Shown piece after piece: positions 13,544-23,944 of a stretch of 35,546 nucleotides of DNA (the stretch's first letter is position 1; every line of letters starts with the position of its first letter). Source of the stretch: Jimgerdemannia flammicorona (Eukaryota); contig RBNJ01000248.1 of NCBI GenBank assembly GCA_003990765.1, positions 1 to 35,546 on the forward strand, given 5' to 3'. The position numbers and the translations under genes were made by a program. The notes below the pieces were generated by a model that was not told the DNA's origin, did not search any database, and saw nothing but the letters and a program-made list of their open reading frames with translations.

Positions 13544-13960
13544 CAGAATCGATTCATTGTCCAAATTGCAATCCATAAAATTTCACATATGGGAAAGTGC
13601 TTTCCCATAGTAACATATTTTTCAGGATTAGCAGCTGGCTGTTGCCAAAAACAAAATAAAGTAAAATCATACATCCCATCAGAATCGATTCGTTCAAATT
13701 TCAATCCATAAAATTTCACATATGGGAAAGCGCTTTCCCATAGTAACATATCTTTCAGAATTAACAGCTGGCTGTTGTCAAAAAGACCAACAAAATAAAA
13801 TAAAATAAAATAGAGTAAAATCATATATCTCATCAGAATCGATTCGTTGTTCAAATTGCAATCCATACAATTTCACATATGGGAAAGTGCTTTCCCATAG
13901 TAACATATTTTTCAGAATTAACAGCTGGCTATTGCCAAAAAGGCCGGAAAATAAAATAAA
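13544..13960. repeat. Three tandem ~130-155-bp units, each with a 22-bp palindrome TATGGGAAAG-(T/C)G-CTTTCCCATA
   Basis: Units start at 13544, 13680 and 13834 with CAGAATCGATTC. Palindromes at 13588-13609, 13721-13742 and 13878-13899. Confidence 0.9.
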
Positions 13961-14129
13961 AAGGTTCAACATATATGTAAATAAGCAGGGATCGGAAAGA
14001 GGCAAAAAATACCTAAGCGAAATAATGCATGTCTATTCTTTGCAATAAGCGATGTCATTTACATGACATGTGAGCCTTGAGAATATACCAAAAATCCTTG
14101 TCAACAAAAAAATAAAATAAAATAAAATT

Positions 14130-15533
14130 CTACGCATGCGGTTTATCCGCGTTAGGATCATCATTTCTCGGCGAAGACGAACTAGCATTATTGTTCCTCG
14201 GCGACACGTTATCGCTATCCCCCGTCGACACGACGTTCTGCCATGCCCCGCCCACATTCCGGATCGTTGAGATGGGCGGCGGCAATGGCGGCTGTTGGGG
14301 TCTCTGAGTGTGTGGCATCATTTTTTGCGGATAATAGGCGGGGGTGTAGAGCTGTTGAGTCTGATAAACGTCGGCGCCGCCTTCGGCCGGGTATGGCATG
14401 AAGAATTGCTGTTGCTGCGGGTACGCGAAGGGGTTATCGGAGGGATACGGCGTCGTAGCGTTCGGTTGCGGTGGGTGGTACAAAGTAGATTGGTTGTTGT
14501 GTGGGGCGGACGTCGTGCTGATGGCGTTGGGTGAGTTACTTTTGAGCGTTGGGGTGTGGGGGATTGGCGAACGGTCCGGTTTCAATCCGGTGCTGGCGAG
14601 GTTCACGGTTGGCGAGACGACGGGTGAGTTCCCCGAGAGGTTGGGATCTATCGTGGGCGGTAGGTAGCTCGCAGAATCCGTCTCCTGTAGGTGATAATTA
14701 TTGGTATTGATATTTTTGTTTCTATTTCGGACGATGATGGCGAACACCAGAGCCGCGACCGCAAGGACACCAGTTCCACCAACCACAATTCCGGCGATGA
14801 CAGCCGTGGAAAGGGGACTACCTGTTCCTTCGCTAACGGCGGCCACGGACGGTTTGACGGTAGCGATTGGCATGACGGTAACGCCGATTGGCGCTGCGAC
14901 AACCGTTCGTAGGGCCCCCACGCCGCACTGGATATTGCCCATTTTAAAATGGGCGAGGATCATGTATTGATCGGGCTGCGATAGCGAGAAGTCGCCAGAC
15001 TCCCACGTCTGACCAGGGAATCCATACAGGGAGGGCGACCCCGTAACGAGAATGCTTCCCGAGGAACTATTTTGAGGTGGGATCCAAGGCAGACATTCGC
15101 TCCTGTTCATGAATGTCATGGAGCAGAAGTGCCAGTTGAGGTGGGGAACGCAGCAAGTGGCGTTGGAGATAGGCGGGATACAAGCGGCTTGTGTCGGGTT
15201 CTGCGGGTTGACATGCCTTAGGCACAGCTGGCTGAACTCTACGGACGCGGGGTCGGGCAGGAAGCCATTGTTGCTAGTGTAAAAGTTGTTCTGAAGGTTC
15301 AGCCGGACGGTGGAATTGATGGGTACATTGGCAGTGAGCGTGGCGGGAAGCGGGTTGACGAAGCCAAAATCGATCCCCGCGATTGACACGAGGGAGGGGG
15401 TCGTCGCGTCGCCGTACGAGGGAACGGTGAAGCAGGCGACGGTGTTCTCGTCGCCAAGGATCCAGGGAGCCGTTTGGGCAATTGCGGGCTGGGCGCACAG
15501 AAAGAGGAAGAGCAGGAATGTGGTAATGACCAT
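14130..15533 (-). CDS. Uncharacterised type I single-pass membrane protein (467 aa)
   Basis: Intact intronless ORF: signal peptide (MVITTFLLFLFLCAQPAIA), Cys-containing ectodomain, S/T/A stalk, TM helix (AVIAGIVVGGTGVLAVAALVFAIIV) followed by basic RNRNK, and a P/Q/Y/S-rich tail. Confidence 0.85.
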   Translation of the reverse strand: MVITTFLLFLFLCAQPAIAQTAPWILGDENTVACFTVPSYGDATTPSLVSIAGIDFGFVNPLPATLTANVPINSTVRLNLQNNFYTSNNGFLPDPASVEFSQLCLRHVNPQNPTQAACIPPISNATCCVPHLNWHFCSMTFMNRSECLPWIPPQNSSSGSILVTGSPSLYGFPGQTWESGDFSLSQPDQYMILAHFKMGNIQCGVGALRTVVAAPIGVTVMPIATVKPSVAAVSEGTGSPLSTAVIAGIVVGGTGVLAVAALVFAIIVRNRNKNINTNNYHLQETDSASYLPPTIDPNLSGNSPVVSPTVNLASTGLKPDRSPIPHTPTLKSNSPNAISTTSAPHNNQSTLYHPPQPNATTPYPSDNPFAYPQQQQFFMPYPAEGGADVYQTQQLYTPAYYPQKMMPHTQRPQQPPLPPPISTIRNVGGAWQNVVSTGDSDNVSPRNNNASSSSPRNDDPNADKPHA

Positions 15534-17238
15534 TTTTCCTGTTCCTGGTATTACTTGGGTGGCTGTACAGAACTGTGTTGGTAATGCGATTCAATTAGCC
15601 AGGATGTGGTATATATGGATTCCCTTGGAGAGCTGCGCCTCTGGCACTGTTTGATGAATTGCGCTGACGCATTTTTTTTTTTCTTTTTCATTTTCTTTTT
15701 TCTTTTTCTTTTTGCTGCGCGAATACTTTGTGATGAACATTCCATTTGTTCCATTGCAAGCTATTTAAGATGATCTATTGATTCGATTCATCTCCTATTT
15801 TTGGTACTGCGCCATCATTTCACACACGTGGCTCCATCTGTGACTTCGCTCAGCCACACTTATACTGGGTAGAATATACATTTTCGAGGACATGAAATCC
15901 GTAATATATTGAGAATATAATTATGAGCATGATTGGATCCAGCTCTGGGTGGAAGTGACGTGTAGGTGGCGGAACGAAGGAGTACTGGCGCTCACGCTCT
16001 ATCAAAGATTTTCTTACTGAACGAGCCTTGGCAATATGGTAACGGCGCCTTCCCAGCCGGCAACAAGCGCATTACGATGATCAGATAGGCAGGCAGTTGT
16101 AAATGCCCCCCCTTCCTTCCCTGCTCGTACAAATAATGTGGTAGTTGGATAAATGGGTTAGAAAGGAGCGGCGAGTTCCAAAACAGGCGACCCCGGCAAG
16201 GTCTCGGACTTACCGGCGGGGACTGTCGCACAGCGAATTGGATCGACGCCTTCTCTGCTTTAAAAGGGACAATGCATGTAAACACTCCCGCGTTTCTCGG
16301 CATTGGTCACTCGCAAGTGGGATACGGTTTTAGTCATTGAACACACTGTGTTAAGGGTATGACGGGGTTTGAATTCCTTGACAGAAGGCCCTTCCTGTAT
16401 TTAGCGCTCATGTGGTCGTGGCATCCGTCACTACTCCCAAACCAGAATTAAAGCCGAGCAAACAAATCATTGGTGGGAATGAAAAAGGAGGTGAAATTGG
16501 TCACAAGTATGTGCATGCGACCTATTGTACGATGTATTGGAAATGGTCAGAAAAACAAAAGGGGGAGAGCAAGAACTAGCGACGGCCTTTCTAGAATCAA
16601 AGGTCACTAAAGGGGTTCGCAGTGAGCGAATAAGGGACTTGACGAAAGTGAATTTCGGACGGATATGCTGGTGGGCGTCTCATTATAGATGACAATTGAG
16701 CCTGTTGTCATATTTTTATATTTTTGTACCTAATGCTGTCTGTGAGATGGCGATGCTCGGGGGGGGTTTTTTTTTTTTCCTTTCGGATATGCTGTTCCTG
16801 ATGTTTCGACAAAAAAACCGTCCGCTGCGGCCGATTTGGCCAGGGTGGCCGATTTTCATGAACGCCAGCCATAAAACCTAAGGCCGAGGAGGGGGTTAAT
16901 GCATTATTTGCGACTTGCATAGGATAACTGTAATCGCACCCTTGCATCGACATGGCACCCTACCATTAATTTTTGAAGCGTCAAAAGCTATAGAGTGGTC
17001 GCGAGATTTCCACACGCTGAAGACCCCTTGACGATAACCACGATAAGGACGACCTACGTGTCCAGCGAAATAATATATATATATATATACATGTTTGGTG
17101 GCTTGTAAGTCTGGTAAAACCAATCAAGTATCAATGAACCCAAACGACTTAAAGAATAGGCACCTCTAGCATGTGACCCCCATTACCAGTTTCACCGCCC
17201 TGATAACGTTTCCCCACTTGACCCCACCAACAATCCGA

Positions 17239-18891
17239 TCACGTCCCTCCACCGCCAGCCAAAGGCTTTCTCCCATACGCGAAATCGATATAGATATACG
17301 TCTTATGGCTCGAAAACTCGTCCGCCGCGTCGTCCACCAGCTTGTCGTACTCCTCCTCGGTAATCCCCATAGCCATCAACATGTGCGGTTTCATCGCCCC
17401 GAAGAAGCTCTCCGCATTCTATTTAAGAAAGTGCGGAAATGTTAGAATGCGGAGGAAATGTCTATAACTCGGCTTTAATATGGCACACTTAGGTGTATGT
17501 ACCTTCCGCGACGCCTCGGCGATCTCGGGTGGGCCCCATCCGAAGGGTAGCGAGCACTGGTCTTGGATAACGTCCTCGAGTGAGGCGGCTCGGAGCATGT
17601 GACCAAAGTTAGAGATATAGCGCGGATCAACGTCACGCAAGTTCATCATTTCGTGGGCTGCGCAAAGGTGTTGAGGAAGTGAAAGATCAGGGTGTTGTTT
17701 TCGTCTGAGATGCCCAAGGGATGATGCGCAGGAGCCTCTGTTTACCTTTGCTGTAGTACTCGGTAGTCCGTGGGCCGCCGCTATGTGGCCAGCCCTCTGA
17801 GTCGACTTTATAGAATGAAAGGAAAGAAAAGAAAGAAAAAGAGAGAGAGAGAGAGAGACAGAGAGAGAGAGGACCAATTAATCAATTCTATTATTTCAGG
17901 CGTATTCAACCACCTAAGCATATTCCTATACAATCCCACCCATACTCACTCAGCTCGACCCACCCTCCAGGTTTAGTGACCCTCACGAGCTCCTTGATGA
18001 CAGTGGGCCACTCGTGAACCCGAAAACTCGCCGTCTGGAATCGCTGGAAGGCGTAGTCAAACGTGTTGTCCTCGAACGGAAGGCCCTTGAGCGTGTCGCC
18101 TATCTGGAAGCGACAGTTTTCTAGCTCCAGTGGTAGAGATATCTTGTGTATGCCCACGATGTCTGTGCCAGTGAATTCACTTTGCGGGTAGGCTTGCGCC
18201 ATTTCCTGATGGGAAGGAAGGTTTACGGATGACTTGAGTTGGTTGTGATTCGCTATATAGCAGCACCTGTGCTTGTGAAGCTTTGTCAAACCGTGGTGCG
18301 TTTCGCTAGTAATGGTAAAATCAAACCTACAATTGACCAGACTCCGGTTCCGCAACTAATTAAAACATCCACATTGGTCATAATTTATTACGCGTCTTAG
18401 CAAATTAACTTAATTCTCATAAAACGGGTGGAATACCTACCCAGCGTCCAGAACCTTGATACCGCGCTTAAGATGCTTTCGCACCGGCGCCATTTGGTTT
18501 CTAAATAAACGGGATCATGAACAACGGGCATTGTTTTGCGAGCGAACTCACACGAAATAGTTGTTGACTTCCCTACGTACCCGTTTAAAACAAACCTAAG
18601 GCCAAACCCCAAGCCAAAAGTTAATCAGTCAGCAAGCACAATTGCCGTCCGTAACAAACCACCAGCGTAATCATCTAACACTCACCGTATCAAATAATGC
18701 TGCAGATTCAAGCGGCTCGCCTCGGAATCATCGCATGGCAACGGGTACGCGCTGTTCCCCTCCATCTTGAACCCCCTTCCGCTCTGCCACTTAAATCCAG
18801 CAGGAAGATCAGACACCACCGGTTGTGGTTGCACCCAGTCGCGGTCGGACGTGCCTCGCTTCCTACGAACTTTGGAAATCGGCTGGCCCAT
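17239..18891 (-). CDS. Class I SAM-dependent methyltransferase (fungal LaeA-like/Methyltransf_25 type), 318 aa, 8 exons
   Basis: Exons 18891-18686, 18595-18581, 18500-18441, 18355-18331, 18205-17950, 17805-17746, 17657-17503, 17418-17239, all with GT..AG introns, sum to 957 nt in frame. Motifs: YPLPCD.SEASRLNLQHYL, VLDAG|CGTGVWS (motif I), FTGTDI, GLPFEDNTFDY, ELVRVTKPGGWVEL, AYGRKP. Confidence 0.92.
17841..17871. repeat. (GA)n microsatellite in methyltransferase intron 5
   Basis: Directly visible GA run with one CA interruption. Confidence 0.9.
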
Positions 18892-20004
18892 CGATGGTGA
18901 AAGAAACGAAGTGAACACCGCATGATGCAACCTCTGTTTGGCCTATTATGTATGGGCGGATAAAAACCGGAGAATTGAGAACCCCGAATTGCGACTCTTG
19001 GAATTTCGGGCCGTGGCGCGGCCGAACAGTAGTGCGACGTTGTCGGAGTACGTGGGAACAGCTTTAGATCGGATCGGTTGACAGCACTGACCACGAGGAG
19101 GCTCCTAAACCAACCCGTCATGTGCGCTATACCACCAAGTGTCGATCGTGGTTGGTGGCGTAACGTGAGAGCTTACGCTTTTGGAAGAAATACCAGTCTC
19201 TCGGGCACGCCACCCTCATGACAAACGACACCGGGTGGAACCCGCATATGCCCGTTGAGAGCAGGGTCCGAAGTGGCCCCTGTTCGACAGGTTTTATATA
19301 AGCTCTCAAAGGGAGGAAAACAGAGAAAACAACCCACTTTGTTGCCAGCATCCCTATGCACTACACGGTGTTATACTCCTTATCGAGGTTATTCATTAAG
19401 CGGAAGCCACGAATACGGAATTCCCAACCTGAGAACCAAACGTATGATGCCCGCGAGTATATACGCTGAATGATCCTTAACTGCGATGGGCCGAAATCGT
19501 GTGCCCATATTGGAAACATACCATGCAGCGGAGACAGGGTCCGAGCTATTAGTTTAATAAAGACATCTTGAGGTTGGTGGAGAGCCACCCACACCGCAAC
19601 CCAATCAGCTATATTATATATAATCCAGGACAGCATCAAATCACCATAATAATAGACACAAATAGATTTGGACCACCAAAACTGCCAGACCATATATATC
19701 AACCCAGACAAATAAGGTTTTACTGGAAAATTATGTCGTGCAATGGAACACAGGTTTCACTGGGAAATTCAATGACGTAATACACAATTCAAAGATTGCA
19801 AGAAGACCAAGGCATGATAACAAAAAGTTGTATCTCGCTGCTTGCGGATTCAGGAAAAGAATTACACTTGTACTCGCCAAATAGTGACGTGGTTTTTATT
19901 TTATTTTGTTTTTACGTTCAGCCGCCAACATTCATTTTGATGTAACATAAAAAGAGGCAACCAAGGGATCGCCGGCAGTAATCCTACTGGAAAGCTTCCC
20001 TAGG

Positions 20005-21735
20005 GCAAATAAATACAAAGAAAATCTAAAATAGAGAAGCCCTAAGATAGCTAGGAAGAGAAGAAAAAAGAAATCTAAATATTGATATAATTATTATAAT
20101 AAAGTCAGTAGCATATTATATAGCTCCAAGATTATTCATAATACTGGTTAATGATACTTCTATATGTTTCATTTGTATTTATATATATGTTTACTAAGAA
20201 AGAAGAACTATTGTTATAGTACTTTAATCTGAAATCTATAAGGTTACAATTCTTCTCTATTTGCTATCTTATATTATTTATAGAATAAATATTAAAATGA
20301 GGGGCTTGAGAAAGATTCTACTTGTAAAAAAGCTTAACAGATAGCTTACAAGTCAATAAATAGAAGTAATATTTATCTTTTATTAATGGTAAGTATTTAG
20401 ATATATTAAATATATTTTATAATATCTTAATTTATATTCTTAGAATAAAACTATATATTGATAGAATTAATATATTATAGATAATTAATAGTGACTATTA
20501 GTCCTAAGTTCTGAGTTCTTGAGAAAGTACTGAGTTCCAAAGTGCCTATAGTATAGGTCTTATCTAAGTATTGCTTTTGATAAATTATAAGGAAAATACC
20601 ATACTTATATCTCAAGTTAATCAGGCTTAGAATTATTAATAAGTTAGGTCTAAGAATTTTTGGATAAGAATACTGATTTATTCTTGAGAGAGAAAAGTGG
20701 AGCTGAGGTTATAATACTCAGTATAGAGAGTATTTATACATATTTGAGGCTATAACTAAATATAGTATACTGAGTATATTAATTTATATTTATACTATTA
20801 TGAGTAACTATAACTGCTAGTTGGAAATTCTATAGGAATTTCTATAGGAATTTCTATTAGAATTTTTATCAAAATTTCCAGTGGCTTATAGATATATAAT
20901 AATTTATTATATCTTTCTCTTCTTTGCCTGAGTCTATTTATTAAACTTAGTACTAAACTCTAGATACTTATCAAACTAAAGAGCAGTATACTAGACTATT
21001 TGAAAAATAATATTACTCTATTGTTCATTACTTAAATTAACAATATTCTCAAGAGATATTCTATAGAGATGGTCAAGGACTTAAAGTCAGATATAGAAAA
21101 AGATATAGAGTCTTTTGATAATAATATAGATATAGTTGTTAATAAAAAGACAGACTTATTGTTTAGCAGTACTGAGAGTAGCTTATTGATAGATAAGATA
21201 TTCTATCTCATAATACTTCTTTAATTCTTATTAGTAGTAGAAAGTCTGAAAATATTAGATTCTTTTAAGAGATTATTGGACTTCAATTAGATTTGAGTCT
21301 CTAGAGATTTATATATTAATAGAAGATAGTTTAATAGAATTCTATAGTTATAAGAACAGTAGTAGCAATCTTATTCTTAGTTTGTTCTTGATGTTATTAC
21401 TAGATATTTATATTGAGAGTAAGTTATCTATATAAGATTATTTAGAATATTTATACTTCTCTTTATCAAGAGTATTTAGGAATATAACTATCTTTTAGAA
21501 ATTTTATCAGAATTTCTATTATATTAGATATCTATATCAGATTACTACTTCTTCTATATTTAGTAAAAAATTGTCTTCTTTTTCTAGATGATATTATACT
21601 CAGACTATTCTTTCTATTTCATAAGATAGTACTGAGTAGACTTGATAGCTTATTCAAATTAATAATTCTTATAATCTAGGATATAATCTACTTTATATTT
21701 TGATTATTAATCAATAATTACTAGATCTAGAGATA
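20005..21735. mobile_element. Unclassified, heavily mutated transposon-derived DNA
   Basis: Abrupt switch to AT-rich, CpG-free sequence with short GGAATTTCTAT-like repeats at ~20823-20880. No motif could be assigned by eye. Confidence 0.45.
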
Positions 21736-22218
21736 GTATAGTTCTTCCTTCAAATATGTCAGATTCTCTTTAAGGTATATCTCTTAGACTAACTCAAGTT
21801 TGTTATAAGCAAGTTCTTATTAGAGTGTCTTTCTAAGGTCTTATAGTCCTCAAACTTCTTATCTTTAAACTGTCTTGTTATCTCTTAGATTGCTTGCAAG
21901 GAAGTGTATATAAGTAAACTTGACTGACTTTATTTCAGAAAAAATAAGAAGGATATTTATATAAAATATAATTCAATAATTACTAAGATATAAAGCTAAA
22001 TATAAATTCCAATAATCAAATAAAATGCTGAAATATAGAAAACTGCCAAGTTTCAGGGTCAGTATGGATGGTTGCACAGATTTAAGATACTGGTATAATT
22101 TTGGTAATATAGAAAAATAGTGCTGGAAAAATTCTAAGTTACAAGGTCAGAATATTAGTAGAGGAATAGCTGTTATATAAGAAAAGGATGCTGGCATAAT
22201 TTAGTGTAACTAAGAGAC

Positions 22219-23451
22219 TTAGAGCAGAATATTCAGAACTACAAGAGCTTTATCCTCATCATTACTATTCTCAAAAAAGATAAGGTCTACAAATGTTTCA
22301 GTCTTATTGCATAGGTTATATATTTTGTATGCTTCATATCCCTTTGTCTGTAGATAAGATTGTCTTTTAAAATCATTTAGCAGACAAATTAAAGTTTGAA
22401 AAAAATGATTTTTTGAAACATTGTTTTTCTGTTAAAAAAATATCTCAATTTGTTTAAAAACAAATTTTTTTTTTTTTGTAAAATTTTTACCAAAGGTAGA
22501 ATTATTATATAAAAAATTATTGGTAAATTTTTTTTTTAAAAGCTATTATGATTTTAAAAGTTATAAACTTTTAAAATCTTATCTCTAAATATAGGTGCAA
22601 AACAGTCAAAGAGATATATTATGCAGAATGACATCATTGCTAATGATGTCATCACATTTGGCAGTAGTGGGAACAAGGAGGTCTGGGGCTCTCCAGTCTA
22701 TGAGGTTCTCTTCTACAAAATAGGGAACAAATGTGGAGTCTTGGGGAGGTCTAACCTAGATACTTGGGCCTTGGAATACTGAGATCAATCCTTGTAGAAA
22801 TTGATCTGGGTTGTCCTGGAGAATAGGATGTCAGAAGTCTTCTACTTCATTACTATTGAGAGTGATAGTGGACTGAGCTTCTGTAGCTACCCTGGCTTCT
22901 AGTACATTGATATGGCAGGCTGACAGATCTCTAAAATCTGAGACTCTAACATACTCCAAGTTGGGGATCAACCATGATGCATACCTGAAGATCTGATGAA
23001 TCTTCTTAGCTGTCTTTATTTTATATATATCTATAGGAATGGTATCTTATAACTCTTAGAGGCTGGTCTGTGGGAACTCCTGGCAGAGAAGGTTTCCTAT
23101 TTCATACTCCTGTTATATTTAGAGGTATTCAGTAGCAATGGTGATTCTTGTTTCCATCTTATGGTAGTAGAGAATAAAGTGATAAAAATCTGCAGTACCC
23201 AGGTTGAAACTAGGAGTCCTTCTTATATGGGTCCTCATGGCTCTTCTGATGTCTTGGAACATCTTTTCTTCAACTGAGGTACCTTGGTGATTCCTTGACC
23301 TTGAGGTTTGGCAAGCAGCAGGCATTTCATTTGTGGTAAGTCTTTGAGCTATTTTGGAATTAGTGGGTCTTATTGAGTTGCTACTACTGTGATTCCTTGA
23401 TCCTTTTTTTATATTTCTCAAGATGCCTAAACTGTGGTCACAATGACTCAC
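22219..23451 (-). pseudogene. LTR-encoded ORF of unknown function, 3' LTR copy (MITE-interrupted)
   Basis: Same frame as 30737-29781. All but one of its stop codons are CAA/CAG/TGG in the other LTR. Confidence 0.65.
22340..22613. mobile_element. 274-bp MITE, consensus termini CCCTTTGACTG...CAGTCAAAG(A/G)G, AT target duplication
   Basis: Absent from the homologous site in the other LTR (~29898). Comparison with the empty site gives a 2-bp AT TSD. Second copy at 30936-31207. Confidence 0.88.
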
Positions 23452-23578
23452 AGTTAGTCATCATTACTCATCTCATAGCCTGAGTTATGCCATATGATCT
23501 TCTTGTGTTCTGATCTGGTGGCTTGCAAGAAAAGGCTGTCTCTTGTGCTGATGTCATTATTCTGAGATTACTATTACA

Positions 23579-23619
23579 TCTTTCTCCTGAATAAGGATCT
23601 TCTTGAATATCCTTATTCA
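23579..23619 (-). promoter_or_regulatory. Polypurine tract (AGGAGAAAGA) preceded by an 11-bp-stem hairpin
   Basis: PPT 23588-23579 abuts the LTR TG. Inverted repeat TGAATAAGGAT (23588-23598) / ATCCTTATTCA (23609-23619). Confidence 0.8.
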
Positions 23620-23944
23620 TTGGTCTAGTTTTAAAATATTTGCTGATCCCATAACCTCTGGCAAGGAGTCAAAAAGTGGTATTTATGGGCTGGCATCTTC
23701 CTTATGTATTTTGGTATAATGGTGAAGGGTTACTCCCTTCATATAGAGCAAGGGCCTGATTCTGATCTTGATCAATCAGTTGATGGTTTGAACTTCTCTG
23801 GCTTCAAAAGTCTCACAGATGAGTAGTTGCTGGTGTCATATTCCTTAGAAAATGGTCCAGACAGATAGCCTGCTGGTCATGGAATATGCTGTTGTGATTC
23901 ACAGACTAGAACCTTGTGGGCAGTCATCACATTTTACTTCTCTT

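Larger units (their letters stand above)
21746..23578 (-). repeat. 3' LTR (contains a 274-bp MITE; outer ~20 bp damaged)
   Basis: Aligns with 29303-30864 apart from the MITE. Begins TGTAATAG on the minus strand directly after the PPT. Confidence 0.9.

Noticed and set aside
13544..13960. CRISPR-like array or hammerhead (CTGATGAG on the minus strand)
   Set aside because: Sequences between the palindromes are homologous rather than unique spacers, the context is eukaryotic with no cas genes, and no stem II-GAAA follows the CTGATGA.
15551..17200. Assorted short ORFs between the membrane-protein and methyltransferase genes (likewise 12995-13291 and 19127-19780)
   Set aside because: No motifs or consistent splice structure; treated as intergenic.
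17419..18355. Track ORFs 17419-17877 and 17906-18355 as separate genes
   Set aside because: They are exons 7 and 5 of the methyltransferase extended into introns.
21733..21745. ATAG target-site duplication for the large Gypsy (also at 30865-30868)
   Set aside because: It requires two small deletions at the LTR end, and ATAG is common in this AT-rich DNA.
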